A stretch of 63,986 nt of DNA, the filler included. It is 6 parts of 6 records of this genome, joined end to end, with 100 filler letters (N's around TTAATTAATTAA, not from the genome) between each part and the next. Parts side by side here need not be neighbours in the genome. Positions count along the whole stretch, not along the records: positions 31,602 to 52,328 come from DRR723986_1851; 5 more parts are not named here. One strand, 5' to 3'. This document shows positions 38,882 to 50,417 of the stretch, piece by piece. The position numbers were made by a program, and so were the translations under genes. The notes under the pieces are model-generated. The model saw only the letters and a program-made list of their open reading frames with translations, made no database searches and was not told where the DNA came from. Positions within the stretch are counted from its first letter, which is position 1. Each line of letters starts with the position of its first letter.

Positions 38882-40228
38882 ATGATTAAAAAGGTTTTGA
38901 TCGCAAACAGAGGCGAGATTGCACTGCGCATTCATCGTGCATGTCACGAAATGGGCATTAAAACCGTTGCAATTCACTCTACAGCTGACGAAGATGCAAT
39001 GCATGTACGTCTAGCAGACGAAAGCGTCTGTATTGGCCCACCTGCATCTGTTGACAGCTACTTGAACATTCCTGCAATTCTAACAGCTGCAGAAATTACT
39101 GGCGCAGACGCTATTCACCCCGGCTATGGCTTTTTGTCAGAGAATGCCAAGTTCGCAGACATTGTTGAAGAACATGACATCGCTTTTATCGGTCCGTCTG
39201 GTGACCATATCCGCATTATGGGTGACAAAATCGCTGCCAAAAAAGCCGTTAAAGAACTGGGGATTCCCGTTGTACCTGGCTCTGACGGCGGCATAACAGA
39301 CGATGATACAGCCCGCAAAGTATGCGAAGAAATTGGCTACCCGGTTATAATTAAAGCTGCGGCAGGCGGCGGTGGCCGTGGCATGCAAATTGTGAAGAAT
39401 GCTGAAAATTTAAGTGCGCAACTTGAAACATGCCGGAAAGAAGCAAAAGCGTCTTTTGGTGACGACGCGGTTTACATTGAAAAATTCCTAACCACTCCCA
39501 GACACATTGAGTTTCAGTTGATTGGTGACAAGCACGGCAACTGCATTCATCTGGGCGAACGCGATTGTTCGCTGCAACGTCGCCACCAAAAGGTGCTGGA
39601 AGAAGCCCCTTCCCCGGTTATTGATAGCGAAACCCGTGAACGCATGGGCGGCATTATCTCCAAAGCTATGTCAGACTTGGGCTATTGCGGTGCAGGCACC
39701 ATCGAGTTTTTATATGAAAACGGTGAGTTTTATTTCATCGAAATGAATACGCGTGTTCAGGTAGAACATCCTGTGACTGAAATGATCACTGGTATTGATA
39801 TTGTGCGCGAACAAATTCGCGTTGCTTCAGGTGAAAAACTTTCCTACACGCAAGACATGGTGCGCTTCTTTGGCCATGCGATTGAATGTCGTATTAATGC
39901 CGAGCATCCTTTCACATTCGTACCCAATCCGGGTTTAGTAACTCAGTATCACCCGCCCGGTGGCTTGAATGTACGCTGCGACAGTGCTGTGTATGCGGGT
40001 TATCGAATACCGCCTTATTATGATAGCATGATCGCAAAATTGATCGTATCTGGCTATTCTCGTGAAGGCTGTTTGTTACGGTTAAAGAGGTCACTTGAGG
40101 AATATGTGATTGACGGCGTTATCACAACAATTCCACTGCATCAGGCGTTGATGGAAAATGAGGAATTTCAATCAGGCGAGTATGACATTCATTGGCTTGA
40201 AAAATTCTTGGCTGAACGGGCCGATTAG
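38882..40228 (+). CDS. accC: Biotin carboxylase
   Basis: [38 protein letters not shown] and [10 protein letters not shown] motifs. Confidence 0.97.
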   Translation: MIKKVLIANRGEIALRIHRACHEMGIKTVAIHSTADEDAMHVRLADESVCIGPPASVDSYLNIPAILTAAEITGADAIHPGYGFLSENAKFADIVEEHDIAFIGPSGDHIRIMGDKIAAKKAVKELGIPVVPGSDGGITDDDTARKVCEEIGYPVIIKAAAGGGGRGMQIVKNAENLSAQLETCRKEAKASFGDDAVYIEKFLTTPRHIEFQLIGDKHGNCIHLGERDCSLQRRHQKVLEEAPSPVIDSETRERMGGIISKAMSDLGYCGAGTIEFLYENGEFYFIEMNTRVQVEHPVTEMITGIDIVREQIRVASGEKLSYTQDMVRFFGHAIECRINAEHPFTFVPNPGLVTQYHPPGGLNVRCDSAVYAGYRIPPYYDSMIAKLIVSGYSREGCLLRLKRSLEEYVIDGVITTIPLHQALMENEEFQSGEYDIHWLEKFLAERAD

Positions 40229-40258
40229 ACCAGTCCTTAACACGAAAAAGGTTCAGGG

Positions 40259-40918
40259 ATGACTGATACTAAAGTTACCCCTGAGCTTCTTCTAAACGCT
40301 TATGCTAATGGGATTTTTCCCATGGCTGATAGCCGTAATGATGAAGATTTATTCTGGGTGGATCCGACAGAACGCGGCATACTACCACTAAACGCATTTC
40401 ATGTGCCTAAATCTCTAAAAAAGCTGGTTCGACAAGAAAAATTTGATATCAGAATCAATACTGCTTTCCGAGATGTAATGCAGGCTTGTGCCGCCACGGC
40501 AAAAGGTCGAGACGGCACATGGATAAGCCAAACCATTGAAGACCTCTATTGTGCATTACATGAATACGGGCACACGCATTCGGTTGAATGTTGGAAAGAC
40601 AACAAACTAGTGGGCGGACTATACGGTGTGTCGCTAGCAGGTGGTTTCTTCGGGGAAAGTATGTTCCATACAGAAACGGGTGCCAGCAAGGTTGCCCTCG
40701 TTCATTTGGTTGCACGCCTTCTCGCAGGTGGGTTTACGCTCTTAGACACCCAGTTTGGCACCGAGCATTTAGCCCAATTCGGCGTAATCGAAATAAGCAG
40801 GCAAGAGTATCACCTCTTGCTTGATAACGCGCTTGATAAAACCGATGCAGACTTCTTGAAAATGCGTCAGGGGCTCTCAGGTTCAAGCATTTTACAATCA
40901 ATTACCCAGACATCATAA
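40259..40918 (+). CDS. aat: Leucyl/phenylalanyl-tRNA--protein transferase
   Basis: AYANGIFPMA, TWI, HSVECW, GGLYGV, GESMF and ASKVAL motifs. Confidence 0.95.
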   Translation: MTDTKVTPELLLNAYANGIFPMADSRNDEDLFWVDPTERGILPLNAFHVPKSLKKLVRQEKFDIRINTAFRDVMQACAATAKGRDGTWISQTIEDLYCALHEYGHTHSVECWKDNKLVGGLYGVSLAGGFFGESMFHTETGASKVALVHLVARLLAGGFTLLDTQFGTEHLAQFGVIEISRQEYHLLLDNALDKTDADFLKMRQGLSGSSILQSITQTS

Positions 40919-41319
40919 ACTGCATGTTCGAGGGCATTCAAAGCTGGGCTTGAGGCCACCATCCATCCCTCAAAAACACGCTCAATAGCACCTGAACGTT
41001 TAAGATCATCAATTTCCAGATAGGCATAAGTTTCAGGGGTTTCAATGGGCGGTCGGGTACGGCAATATTTTGCCCGAATGGCTAGTGTACCAAAGCGAAT
41101 TTCAGCGCCCAAAGGCAATTCTAGCTCAGTAATCCGTGCGGTAATTTTATCAAGCGCACGTAGAACCACAATGTCTTGTTCTTCGCTTTCCAGTGCGCCT
41201 GGCGCAACATCTTGCGCAGTCACCGCGACAGAAAAAATGCTTATGTATAATGCAGCTAAGCCAAGGCCAAGAGCGCGACACCATACAGCAATGTTAGTTT
41301 TTCGCCGCACTGTCATCAC
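40867..41319 (-). CDS. DUF2155 family protein
   Basis: LRALDKITAR and F.GWM.ASSPALNALEHAVYDVWVIDC motifs. Confidence 0.85.
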   Translation of the reverse strand: MMTVRRKTNIAVWCRALGLGLAALYISIFSVAVTAQDVAPGALESEEQDIVVLRALDKITARITELELPLGAEIRFGTLAIRAKYCRTRPPIETPETYAYLEIDDLKRSGAIERVFEGWMVASSPALNALEHAVYDVWVIDCKMLEPESP

Positions 41320-41752
41320 CGCCGTATATGAATTTACCTATCAACCCTAACAGGTCTACCGCGTCTTGGGTTTCGCTAATTTCGTCTCCATCTTGAAGAG
41401 TCTCTTCCATACCGCCGGGCAACAAATTCATATAAGTGCCGCCAAGCAGACCTTCAGCGGTAATTGCAACCGCAGTATCTGTTGGCAACTGAATTTCATT
41501 ATTGAGCGATATGGTAACAATGGCTTGAAAAGAAATGGGGTCTAATGTGCTGTCAACGACAGTACCAACCTTTATACCAGCCATGCGCACATCACTGCCA
41601 ACGCCTATGCCATCAATACGATCAAAACGTGCTGTCAGCTCATATCCATTGCCAGCGCCTGCGTCTGTGCGGTCGTAGGCAAACACCAAAAACCAACCCG
41701 CAACGAGCAGAACTAAGGCTCCTATTAGCGATTCTACTAAATTGCTGGACAT
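41294..41752 (-). CDS. mlaD: Outer-membrane lipid asymmetry protein MlaD (MCE domain)
   Basis: N-terminal TM, GSDVRMAGIKVG and EGLLGG motifs. Confidence 0.9.
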   Translation of the reverse strand: MSSNLVESLIGALVLLVAGWFLVFAYDRTDAGAGNGYELTARFDRIDGIGVGSDVRMAGIKVGTVVDSTLDPISFQAIVTISLNNEIQLPTDTAVAITAEGLLGGTYMNLLPGGMEETLQDGDEISETQDAVDLLGLIGKFIYGGDDSAAKN

Positions 41753-41813
41753 ATATAGTGCCGCTTTCCGTTAAGGTTAGTCATGAAAATCAAAGCGCAT
41801 CGTGCACAATTTA

Positions 41814-42212
41814 CTATGGGCGCCATGCCTCATAATCAGATGCGGTTGCTGCGCGCTGACCGCCTGCTTTTTCACTGCCACTTGGGAAATAAGCCGCCTC
41901 TGATCCTGTGAGGTTCGGCATATGGTCTTTTTCCCAGTCTTTCACCTTAAGCGGTTTTTCAGATGGCAGGTCATCGCTGGTGTAATGTAACCAGCCATGC
42001 CAATCAGCGGGAACGCGGGATGCTTCTACAGGACCATTTTTGTATATTACCCAACGACGATGACCATCTTTTTGCTGGTAATAAATATTGCCCTGCTCGT
42101 CCTCGCCAACCTTGCGGCCCTTCCTGCTGGTAAATAACATTGTGCCAAACGTGGCACCGTTCCACCAAGTAAACAAAGGAGAAGAGAATATTTTAGAAAT
42201 TAAACCGGCCAT
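41814..42212 (-). CDS. NADH:ubiquinone oxidoreductase subunit NDUFA12 homolog
   Basis: FTWWN, VGEDEQGN.YY, RRWVIY, WHGWLH and NLTGS motifs. Start uncertain (42212 or 42227). Confidence 0.88.
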   Translation of the reverse strand: MAGLISKIFSSPLFTWWNGATFGTMLFTSRKGRKVGEDEQGNIYYQQKDGHRRWVIYKNGPVEASRVPADWHGWLHYTSDDLPSEKPLKVKDWEKDHMPNLTGSEAAYFPSGSEKAGGQRAATASDYEAWRP

Positions 42213-42528
42213 GAATTGTATCCGCAATTATCAATTTTAAAACTTTGCATTCCGCTTTCTAGCATCAAAAAAGGTGATAACCAAAAGCCTTTCCGAAGCC
42301 GTTTATCATGTTTGTTAACCAAGGGAAAGTAACTGCTAAAATCTTTCTTAAAAGTGAAAGCCATCGAATCTGAAAAAATGAACTTTGGGCTTTATTACTC
42401 AGCAAGCTGGGGATTGCATATTACCGACATAGCTACTGGCACATTATGAGGATAATAAGGCAAATTTATGCGACTCATTGGCCTCCAACGATTCGGCATA
42501 GCCCTTTTAGTGGCTGCAAGAGTGTCAA

Positions 42529-42617
42529 CCACAACATATTGAAAATATCCCTTGAAACCCGCCAAATATAACGCCTAATGTTGTGGCAAGGAGTGTAGCA
42601 CCACCAAGATATAGTGG
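42529..42617. promoter_or_regulatory. NrdR boxes upstream of nrdJ
   Basis: CCACAACATATTGAAA (42529-42544) and CACCAAGATATAGTGG (42602-42617) fit acaCwAtATaTwGtgt. A weaker box at 42571-42586 lies 31 bp before the last. Confidence 0.7.
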
Positions 42618-42757
42618 GGTGTGTGGGTCCGGGTGGGTTAGTCCCAGAATAGAAATTGGGCAGGTATAAAGAAAATGTCTGCATCCTAGGGTAACGGCGA
42701 GAAGCACGAAAACGTGCGTCGCCTGAAGACAGTTTTGAGTTTTTTGAGGGGGAAATA

Positions 42758-45700
42758 ATGCGTTTAGAACGTCGGTTTACAAAAGATCAGCCATGTCCAT
42801 ATGCCGCAATAGAGTGGCATACTGCCGTAAGTGAAATACGGAATCCGGATGGATCAATCGTTTTTCATATGGACGCTGTTGAAGTACCCACCAGCTGGAG
42901 CCAAGTAGCGACCGACATTATTGCGCAAAAATATTTTCGTAAGGCTGGTGTACCGCAAGCGCTAAAACCCGTGCGCGAAAAAGACGTGCCTAGCTGGTTA
43001 TGGCGCAAGGAAATTGATAAAAAAGCGCTGGCTGATGTTCCGAAAGAAAAACATTTTGGAAGTGAGCAAAGTAGTAAACAGGTTTTTGACCGTTTGGCTG
43101 GAACCTGGACATATTGGGGCTGGAAAGGCGGCTACTTCGATAGCGAAAAAGACGCCAGAACATTTTTTGATGAAATGCGTTTCATGCTCGCCTCTCAAAT
43201 GGCGGCGCCCAATAGCCCGCAGTGGTTCAACACAGGCCTTCATTGGGCATACGGCATTGATGGGCCTGCGCAAGGACACCACTATGTTGATTTCCAAACC
43301 GGCAAATTAACCAAGTCTAAAAGCAGTTATGAACACCCCCAACCCCACGCTTGTTTTATCCAGTCAGTTTCTGATGATCTGGTGCAAGAAGGCGGAATAA
43401 TGGACCTGTGGACCCGCGAAGCCCGTTTATTTAAATATGGCTCTGGTACGGGTACTAACTTTTCAAATGTACGCGGTGAAGGTGAATCATTATCCGGTGG
43501 CGGTCAATCATCTGGCCTTATGAGTTTCCTGAAAATTGGCGATCGAGCTGCCGGTGCCATTAAATCAGGTGGCACAACCCGCCGCGCTGCCAAAATGGTG
43601 GTTGTGGACATTGACCACCCCGACATTGAAGAGTTTATAAACTGGAAAGTTATTGAAGAGCAGAAAGTTTCAGCTCTGGTCTCTGGCTCCAAGCTCAACG
43701 AAATTCACCTAAACCGAATTATGAAAGCGTGCCACGACGCAAAAGCTGAGTTGGGTGACGATGCTTTCGAGCCTAAGGCAAATAAAGAACTAAAAAAGCA
43801 AATCATCGCAGCCCGAAAAGTGATGATTTCCGAGAATTACGTTCAGCGCGTTATTCAGTTTGCCAAGCAAGGCTATGCATCCATTGACTTTAAAACCTAT
43901 AATACCGACTGGGATTCAGACGCTTACCTAACGGTTTCTGGCCAAAACTCCAACAATTCAATCCGTGTGTCTGATGACTTCATGCGGGCAATTAAAGGCG
44001 AAGGAGACTGGTCCCTTCGTCGGCGCACTGATGGCTCCGTTGCCCGTGAAATTAGCGCAAAAGATTTATGGCGTGACGTGGGCCAAGCCGCTTGGGCCTG
44101 TGCGGACCCCGGCATTCAGTTCCACACAACAATTAATGACTGGCACACCTGCCCTGAGTCCGGCGAAATTCGCGCATCAAACCCCTGCTCGGAATATATG
44201 TTCCTGGACGATACCGCATGTAACCTTGCGTCGCTCAACTTGATGACATTCCGTAATGAAGACGGAACATTTGCTGTTGAAAACTTCAAGCACGGCGTGC
44301 GCCTGTGGACCATGGTTCTTGAAATATCTGTGTTGATGGCGCAGTTCCCATCAAAAGAAATTGCGCAACTTTCTTATGAGTATCGTACGCTGGGCATAGG
44401 CTATGCCAACATCGGTGGCCTTTTGATGAGCAATGGCCTTGCATATGACAGCGAAGAAGGGCGTGCACTGTGCGGCGCAATCACTGCCCTTATGACAGGC
44501 GAATCATATGCAACAAGCGCCGAAATGGCCTCTGAGTTGGGTGCTTTCCCCGGTTTTGAAAAAAATAAAGAGCATATGCTGCGTGTAATCCGTAATCATC
44601 GCCGCGCAGCCTATGGCCAAAAGGACGGTTACGAAAAGCTCAATACAAAACCAGTGGCATTGGACATTGCCAATTGCCCTGACCAATTAATTACCGTTGC
44701 TGCTGCCGACGCCTGGGACCGCGCCTTGGAAATCGGCGAAAAGCATGGTTTCCGCAATGCTCAGTCGTCTGTTATTGCCCCTACAGGCACAATTGGCCTT
44801 GTGATGGACTGTGACACAACAGGTATTGAGCCTGACTTCGCACTGGTAAAATTCAAAAAGCTAGCTGGCGGCGGTTATTTCAAAATCATCAACCGCGTGG
44901 TGCCTCAGGCGCTTAAAGTGCTTGGCTATTCTGCCAAGCAAATTGATGCGATAGAAAAATATGCGGTAGGCCACTCCACACTTAAAGATGCACCAGGTCT
45001 TAACCACGCAACATTAAAAGAAAAAGGCTTCACCAGCCGCGAGATTGATTTGGTTGAAAGCCAGCTTGAGCATGCTTTTGATATCAAATTTGTCTTCAAT
45101 CATTTCACGCTCGGGTCTGATTTCTGCAAAGACACGCTTGGAATCTCAGACGAGCAGATGAATGATTACAACTTCAACCTGTTGGAATTCATTGGTTTTA
45201 CTAAAGCCGACGTGGAAGCAGCCAACTTATATTGCTGTGGTGCCATGACGCTTGAGAAAGCGCCGCATCTTAGCGAAAAGCATTATGCAGTGTTCGATTG
45301 CGCCAACCCTTGTGGGAAAATTGGCAAACGCTCTCTTTCTTGGGAAAGCCACATCCGTATGATGGCAGCCGCTCAGCCATTTATTTCTGGGGCAATATCT
45401 AAGACCATTAACATGCCCAACACGGCAGAAGTTGATGAATGCATGACCGCTTATGAATTAAGTTGGTCATTGGCCCTTAAAGCCAATGCGCTTTACCGGG
45501 ACGGCTCTAAACTCAGCCAACCTCTCAATGCATCCTTGCTGGACGAAGACGATCTTGAAGGTGAATTTGAAGAGAAAAACCTCTCGGAAAAAACGGAGGT
45601 TGTCGCTGAACGCATCGTTGAAAAAATTGTTGAAATTAAGCGCGAAGCAACTAGCCGTAACCGCCTGCCGGAACGCCGCAAGGGATACACACAAAAGGCT

Positions 45701-46426
45701 ATTGTCGGTGGCCATAAGGTGTATTTGCGCACCGGTGAATATGATGACGGCTCTGTCGGCGAAATTTTCATCGATATGCATAAAGAAGGCGCTGCCTTCC
45801 GTTCTTTGATGAACAACTTTGCCATCGCAATTTCAATTGGCTTGCAATACGGCGTGCCGTTGGAAGAGTTTGTTGATGCCTTTACCTTCACTCGCTTCGA
45901 ACCATTTGGCCGTGTTGAAGGAAACGACACAATAAAAATGGCAACATCATTGCTGGATTATATTTTCCGTGAACTGGCGATTTCCTATTTGGGTCGGGAT
46001 GATTTGGGCCATGCCACACCGGCTGACCTCATGCCCGACACAACGGGCCGAGGTGATAAAGACGATGGCTTGCCACCGCTCAGCGATGATGTCTCGGAAG
46101 CCCTTGAACGCGTTCAGAAATTCGCATCATCTGGGTATGTAAGAGGCAGCAACCTTGTTGTTCTCAACACCTCAAAAAATACATCCAAAGACAGTGACCT
46201 TAAAACTGTCGCAGTTGCGGCAGCAGGTGGTGCTACATCTGCAACGGTCGCGGTGGGGTCAGGCTCGCTGAATGGCGGGACGGATGCAACACCCGATGCC
46301 CGCACAACGGCCCGCATGAAAGGCTATGAGGGTGATGCTTGTGGTGAATGCGGAAACTTCACATTGGTGCGCAACGGCACCTGTATGAAATGTAATACAT
46401 GCGGGTCTACAAGCGGCTGTAGCTAA
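42758..46426 (+). CDS. nrdJ: Adenosylcobalamin-dependent (class II) ribonucleotide reductase
   Basis: [28 protein letters not shown] and SKTIN motifs; TSCPD-like domain and C-terminal Cys cluster; no intein evident. Confidence 0.96.
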   Translation: MRLERRFTKDQPCPYAAIEWHTAVSEIRNPDGSIVFHMDAVEVPTSWSQVATDIIAQKYFRKAGVPQALKPVREKDVPSWLWRKEIDKKALADVPKEKHFGSEQSSKQVFDRLAGTWTYWGWKGGYFDSEKDARTFFDEMRFMLASQMAAPNSPQWFNTGLHWAYGIDGPAQGHHYVDFQTGKLTKSKSSYEHPQPHACFIQSVSDDLVQEGGIMDLWTREARLFKYGSGTGTNFSNVRGEGESLSGGGQSSGLMSFLKIGDRAAGAIKSGGTTRRAAKMVVVDIDHPDIEEFINWKVIEEQKVSALVSGSKLNEIHLNRIMKACHDAKAELGDDAFEPKANKELKKQIIAARKVMISENYVQRVIQFAKQGYASIDFKTYNTDWDSDAYLTVSGQNSNNSIRVSDDFMRAIKGEGDWSLRRRTDGSVAREISAKDLWRDVGQAAWACADPGIQFHTTINDWHTCPESGEIRASNPCSEYMFLDDTACNLASLNLMTFRNEDGTFAVENFKHGVRLWTMVLEISVLMAQFPSKEIAQLSYEYRTLGIGYANIGGLLMSNGLAYDSEEGRALCGAITALMTGESYATSAEMASELGAFPGFEKNKEHMLRVIRNHRRAAYGQKDGYEKLNTKPVALDIANCPDQLITVAAADAWDRALEIGEKHGFRNAQSSVIAPTGTIGLVMDCDTTGIEPDFALVKFKKLAGGGYFKIINRVVPQALKVLGYSAKQIDAIEKYAVGHSTLKDAPGLNHATLKEKGFTSREIDLVESQLEHAFDIKFVFNHFTLGSDFCKDTLGISDEQMNDYNFNLLEFIGFTKADVEAANLYCCGAMTLEKAPHLSEKHYAVFDCANPCGKIGKRSLSWESHIRMMAAAQPFISGAISKTINMPNTAEVDECMTAYELSWSLALKANALYRDGSKLSQPLNASLLDEDDLEGEFEEKNLSEKTEVVAERIVEKIVEIKREATSRNRLPERRKGYTQKAIVGGHKVYLRTGEYDDGSVGEIFIDMHKEGAAFRSLMNNFAIAISIGLQYGVPLEEFVDAFTFTRFEPFGRVEGNDTIKMATSLLDYIFRELAISYLGRDDLGHATPADLMPDTTGRGDKDDGLPPLSDDVSEALERVQKFASSGYVRGSNLVVLNTSKNTSKDSDLKTVAVAAAGGATSATVAVGSGSLNGGTDATPDARTTARMKGYEGDACGECGNFTLVRNGTCMKCNTCGSTSGCS

Positions 46427-46501
46427 AGTTTTGCGGTAGCAGGCACGCTGTTAACAATTGAATTCACCACCCACTAACCCGTCCCTGTGGGTGGCTATCT
46501 C

Positions 46502-46529
46502 GGGGAAGGCTTGCCTTCCCCTATTTTTT
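46502..46529 (+). terminator. Intrinsic terminator after nrdJ
   Basis: GGGGAAGG-cttg-CCTTCCCC-TATTTTTT. Confidence 0.75.
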
Positions 46530-46675
46530 GCCATTCAAGGGCACGCGGCATAACTCGCAGCAAAAAATATTTGTTATTTGGCTTTAAAAACGCCTGTTTT
46601 TACCAAATCTTTACCAGCCTCAGCCATTTTCAAAAAAATAGGTCACTCATATATATTGTTTTTGGGGAATAGGAT

Positions 46676-48457
46676 GTGTTTGTGGTTCAGGAAGCGGTAG
46701 AGAGCGCAGCAGCTATATCTTCAGCGCCAGCCCCTGCTCTCGCCAGCAGTTCTGACGTTGTTCCCCCAGATTATACCAGCTCGGTTATAGAAGCGTTGCC
46801 GTATGGAATTGTATGCCTTGGTATTGCCGATAACCTAAGCGTCATGGTCTATTCCCTCAATGCCCGTGCTCAAACCTTGTTCGGCTTTTCCAATGTCAGT
46901 TCACTGCCTGTGCCGCTTTCATCCATATGGGCATCGCCCGAAAGTGAACAATTGGCTGAAAAAGTAAAAGAAGCGCTAGCAAAGAAACGAGCTGTCACCT
47001 GTGATTGGGTTTCCAAAGACAATCATACTGACCATTATCGAACCAGCCAATTAAGGCCGATAACCGACAATACCGGTAATAACCAGATTGTTCTTTGTAC
47101 GATTGAAGACCAAACAGCAGAGAAACTGGCCGAAAAAAATATTATGCATCATGCATTTCATGATGCTCTTACCGGACAGCCAAACCGCGTGCTCTTTAGA
47201 AATAAGCTCGAAGAAACCGTTATGAACGGTAAGAAAAACAGCGAGCCATTCGGGTGCGCAATCCTAATTGTCAACATTGACCGTTTTCAACAAATAAACG
47301 AAAGCTTTGGCCATAGTGCAGGTGACAGGTTTCTAATTTCAATGGCGTCAACACTACGCCGCTGTATTGGCAGCAACGACATCTTGGCAAGACTGTCAGG
47401 CGACGAGTTTGCTATTTTGGTGCCCAATGTGCGCAAACTGAAACCGGTAACTGATATTTGTGACCGAATCCACACCGCCATGAAACAGCCGTATGACTTA
47501 GATGGCAACGAGGTCTTCACTTCTGTTTCCATTGGCGTTTCCAGTACAGTATCCAGCTCAACGCACCCGGAAGAGTTAATCCGAGATGCTGACTTTGCCA
47601 TGCACCGCGCCAAAAAAACCGGCAAGGCTTGCACCGAAGTTTATCAGCGGGACTCTCACCAAAAAGCTAGGTCTTTATTTCACCTTGAAACCGAGCTTAG
47701 GCGCGCCGTAGAGCGTAAAGAGCTTGAACTGTACTACCAGCCAATCATTGACCTAAGAACTTCAAAACTTCACGGTTTTGAAGCACTTACACGGTGGCAA
47801 CATAAGGAACATGGCTTCGTATCACCGGTAGAGTTCATTCAACTTGCTGAAGAAACTGGCATAATCGTGCCACTTGGAAGGTGGGCAATGCAAGCCGCAT
47901 GTTCCTGCTTAAAACAATGGGTTTTGCAGGTTGGTTTAGACAAGGTAGTGCCAATAAATGTCAATGTATCCGGCGTACAGTTTTCCCGTGATGATGTAGC
48001 AACCTTGGTGGAAAACACGCTGCATAAATACGATTTACCCGGCGAGTTGCTAAGAATTGAATTGACAGAAAGCTCAATCATGGCGAACCCTGAGCATATT
48101 TCAAAGTCGCTTGATCGTATTCGTGCGTTGGGCGTGAAAGTCGCTCTGGATGATTTTGGGACGGGGTATTCTTCACTGAATTATTTGCATCAATTCCCTA
48201 TCGATATCATTAAAATTGACCGCGCATTCATTAACCAGTTAGAGCGCGGCAACACCCAATTTAAAATTCTGGAAATGATCGGCATGCTGGCCCACAATCT
48301 TGGCCATGAGATTGTTGCCGAAGGCCTCGAAGACACCGACCACATCGACATGGTGACAGAGATGGGTTTTGCTTTTGCACAGGGCTTTTATTATTCGCGG
48401 CCCGTTACAAGTATAGAGGCTGCGAACATGGTCCATGGCAACTTACCCTGGACTTAG
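46676..48457 (+). CDS. PAS-like/GGDEF/EAL protein, probable c-di-GMP phosphodiesterase
   Basis: HDALTG.PNR, SGDEF, EAL, VNVS, ELTES, DDFGTGYSS, KIDR and AEG motifs. Confidence 0.9.
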   Translation: MFVVQEAVESAAAISSAPAPALASSSDVVPPDYTSSVIEALPYGIVCLGIADNLSVMVYSLNARAQTLFGFSNVSSLPVPLSSIWASPESEQLAEKVKEALAKKRAVTCDWVSKDNHTDHYRTSQLRPITDNTGNNQIVLCTIEDQTAEKLAEKNIMHHAFHDALTGQPNRVLFRNKLEETVMNGKKNSEPFGCAILIVNIDRFQQINESFGHSAGDRFLISMASTLRRCIGSNDILARLSGDEFAILVPNVRKLKPVTDICDRIHTAMKQPYDLDGNEVFTSVSIGVSSTVSSSTHPEELIRDADFAMHRAKKTGKACTEVYQRDSHQKARSLFHLETELRRAVERKELELYYQPIIDLRTSKLHGFEALTRWQHKEHGFVSPVEFIQLAEETGIIVPLGRWAMQAACSCLKQWVLQVGLDKVVPINVNVSGVQFSRDDVATLVENTLHKYDLPGELLRIELTESSIMANPEHISKSLDRIRALGVKVALDDFGTGYSSLNYLHQFPIDIIKIDRAFINQLERGNTQFKILEMIGMLAHNLGHEIVAEGLEDTDHIDMVTEMGFAFAQGFYYSRPVTSIEAANMVHGNLPWT

Positions 48458-48562
48458 CTTTCTGTGCCTACAAGGTGACTGGCCAAATTGCCGTAAACCT
48501 CTTGACTAATAGCGGCCAACTCCCCAAATACTCTGTATAAACCAGTTAATTTCGAGGATACT

Positions 48563-49168
48563 ATGGCCGACGAAAAGAAAATATCAACCACAGGCTCTGC
48601 TGCACAGAAGAAGCCTGCTGCAAAAAAAACAACGGCAAAAAAGGCACCTGCTAAAAAAGCACCAGCAAAAAAAGCGCCTGCGAAAAAACCAGCCACCGCC
48701 CCTAAAGCTGCAGCGGCGACCAAGACTACAACGACCAAGAAGCCTGCAAACACCACTTCAAACCAACCTTCTGCAAAGGCTGAAGCGGCGCAAACACAGA
48801 CGAAAGAGTCGTCTGCTCAACCTAGCCATGAAACAAACTCATCTGAAACTAATGCTTCAGATGGTGGCAAAGATTATAATACATCTAAAATGGTTGAAGA
48901 CCTTAAAGGGCGTGACTGGCCAAAAATTATACAGCGTGCTTTGCTGATGGTGTTTTTCGGCTTTTTGGCGTGGATCACCATTTCTGTCGCCTTCTTCTTG
49001 GCAACCGCTCAGGTCATTATCAGTATCTTTGTTGGCGAACCCAATAAAGCACTAACCCAGCTGATGAAACAGGGTGCAAACTACATCAAAGATGTGTTGG
49101 GTTACTTAAGTTTTGACACAGACGAGTGTCCATTTCCCTTTGGTAAAGACTTGCCTGAGGCAGACTAA
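48563..49168 (+). CDS. DUF4389-like membrane protein with N-terminal Lys/Ala/Pro (histone H1-like) repeats
   Basis: KKPAAKKTTAKKAPAKKAPAKKAPAKKP, then RALLMVFF..Q....GEPN...YLSFDTDECPFPF. Confidence 0.7.
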   Translation: MADEKKISTTGSAAQKKPAAKKTTAKKAPAKKAPAKKAPAKKPATAPKAAAATKTTTTKKPANTTSNQPSAKAEAAQTQTKESSAQPSHETNSSETNASDGGKDYNTSKMVEDLKGRDWPKIIQRALLMVFFGFLAWITISVAFFLATAQVIISIFVGEPNKALTQLMKQGANYIKDVLGYLSFDTDECPFPFGKDLPEAD

Positions 49169-49307
49169 CCAATAATGTGGCGGATATTTGAGCGGTCGTT
49201 AATTTACATATTAGCGGCCGCAAATAACATTTCTGCACCAACTTTAATAACAATCAAAGCGATTAGGGCTGTAATTAACCCTCGGGTATAATCAAACATG
49301 CTTTGGC

Positions 49308-50291
49308 CTATTCCTTCACACCATCAAAAGCAGTGTCTCTATATTTTACCGCGACGCCAGGAAAATCCGTAAAAACACCGTCCACCCCAGCGTCAAACAA
49401 TACTTTAAGCTCTTGCTCCATTGATTGGAAGCCCTTCGGCAAAGCATCGGCTCGAACAGTCCATACATGGACTATTTTTTCTGCGGTATGAAGTTTGTCA
49501 ATAATTCCAGTGGGCTTCATATCAGAATTGAACAATAAACCTTTGTTCAACCCAAATCCGTCAGCAACATCATAAAAATCTTCCAGATTGACATCCAGGT
49601 CTACCCATTGAGTGTCCGCGTTATATTTTCCACCAACAAGCAGCACGACCGGGGTGTCGGCAATTGGGGCAATTTCACGCACGAAATCAGAATCAAAACA
49701 CTGGAAAAACGCCGGTATGCCTGCGTCTTCTATATACGATAGTTTGCCGGCAATAAGTGTGGCAAGGTCTGAATATACACTGCTTTTGAACAGCTCAGGC
49801 CGCTTCATTTCAATATGCAACCCTATGGTTCGCCCCTCGGCTTTATAGGTTTCAACAAGCGCAATAATTTCGTCCAGGGTCGCTATTTCCAATTGGTCAT
49901 TAAAAGATACATCACGCCCTTTGAATGATTGGCGCACCCGCAATGTTTTTAACTCGGCAAGCGTGAAGTCCATGGCAAACCAGTCGGTGTGGTCACCAAT
50001 GGTGCGTTTTCGGTCAGCAAACTCAGGGCGACTGGCGACATTAGTGGTTGTAGAAAGATATATATCATGACGCGCCACCAAAACGTGGTCTTTTGTCATC
50101 ACAAGGTCCGGCTCAATGAAGTCAGCCCCCTGCTCTATACCAAGCTTGTAGGCTTCTAGAGAATGCTCAGGCAAATAGCCGCTTGCACCGCGGTGCGCAA
50201 TGATAATCGGCTCATCAGCCAAAGCCATTTGTGCATACTGCAACAGAATAGCAAAACTTAAAGCCACTATTGCGGCAATTTTTCTCAACAT
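49308..50291 (-). CDS. Secreted glycerophosphodiester phosphodiesterase
   Basis: Signal peptide, IAHRGASG.LPEH, IEPDL, RHD, HVWT and DGVFTDFP motifs. Confidence 0.92.
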   Translation of the reverse strand: MLRKIAAIVALSFAILLQYAQMALADEPIIIAHRGASGYLPEHSLEAYKLGIEQGADFIEPDLVMTKDHVLVARHDIYLSTTTNVASRPEFADRKRTIGDHTDWFAMDFTLAELKTLRVRQSFKGRDVSFNDQLEIATLDEIIALVETYKAEGRTIGLHIEMKRPELFKSSVYSDLATLIAGKLSYIEDAGIPAFFQCFDSDFVREIAPIADTPVVLLVGGKYNADTQWVDLDVNLEDFYDVADGFGLNKGLLFNSDMKPTGIIDKLHTAEKIVHVWTVRADALPKGFQSMEQELKVLFDAGVDGVFTDFPGVAVKYRDTAFDGVKE

Positions 50292-50417
50292 TCGATACCA
50301 ACCCTGGTTGCTTTACATTTAGTTCAAGCATCTTACGCTAGGATGTAAATATGTCACCGCTATTTCAGCACTTGACCCCATGAAAATCATGTTATCTTGT
50401 TGTGTGAGGAGAAAAGC

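Noticed and set aside
40867-40918. 52-bp convergent overlap of aat and DUF2155
   Set aside because: Both genes are intact, and short tail-to-tail overlaps are common in compact housekeeping regions.
42228-42757. Cobalamin riboswitch or small ORFs upstream of nrdJ
   Set aside because: No recognisable B12-box. The short ORFs lack RBS or motif support, and the region is explained by divergent promoters and NrdR boxes.
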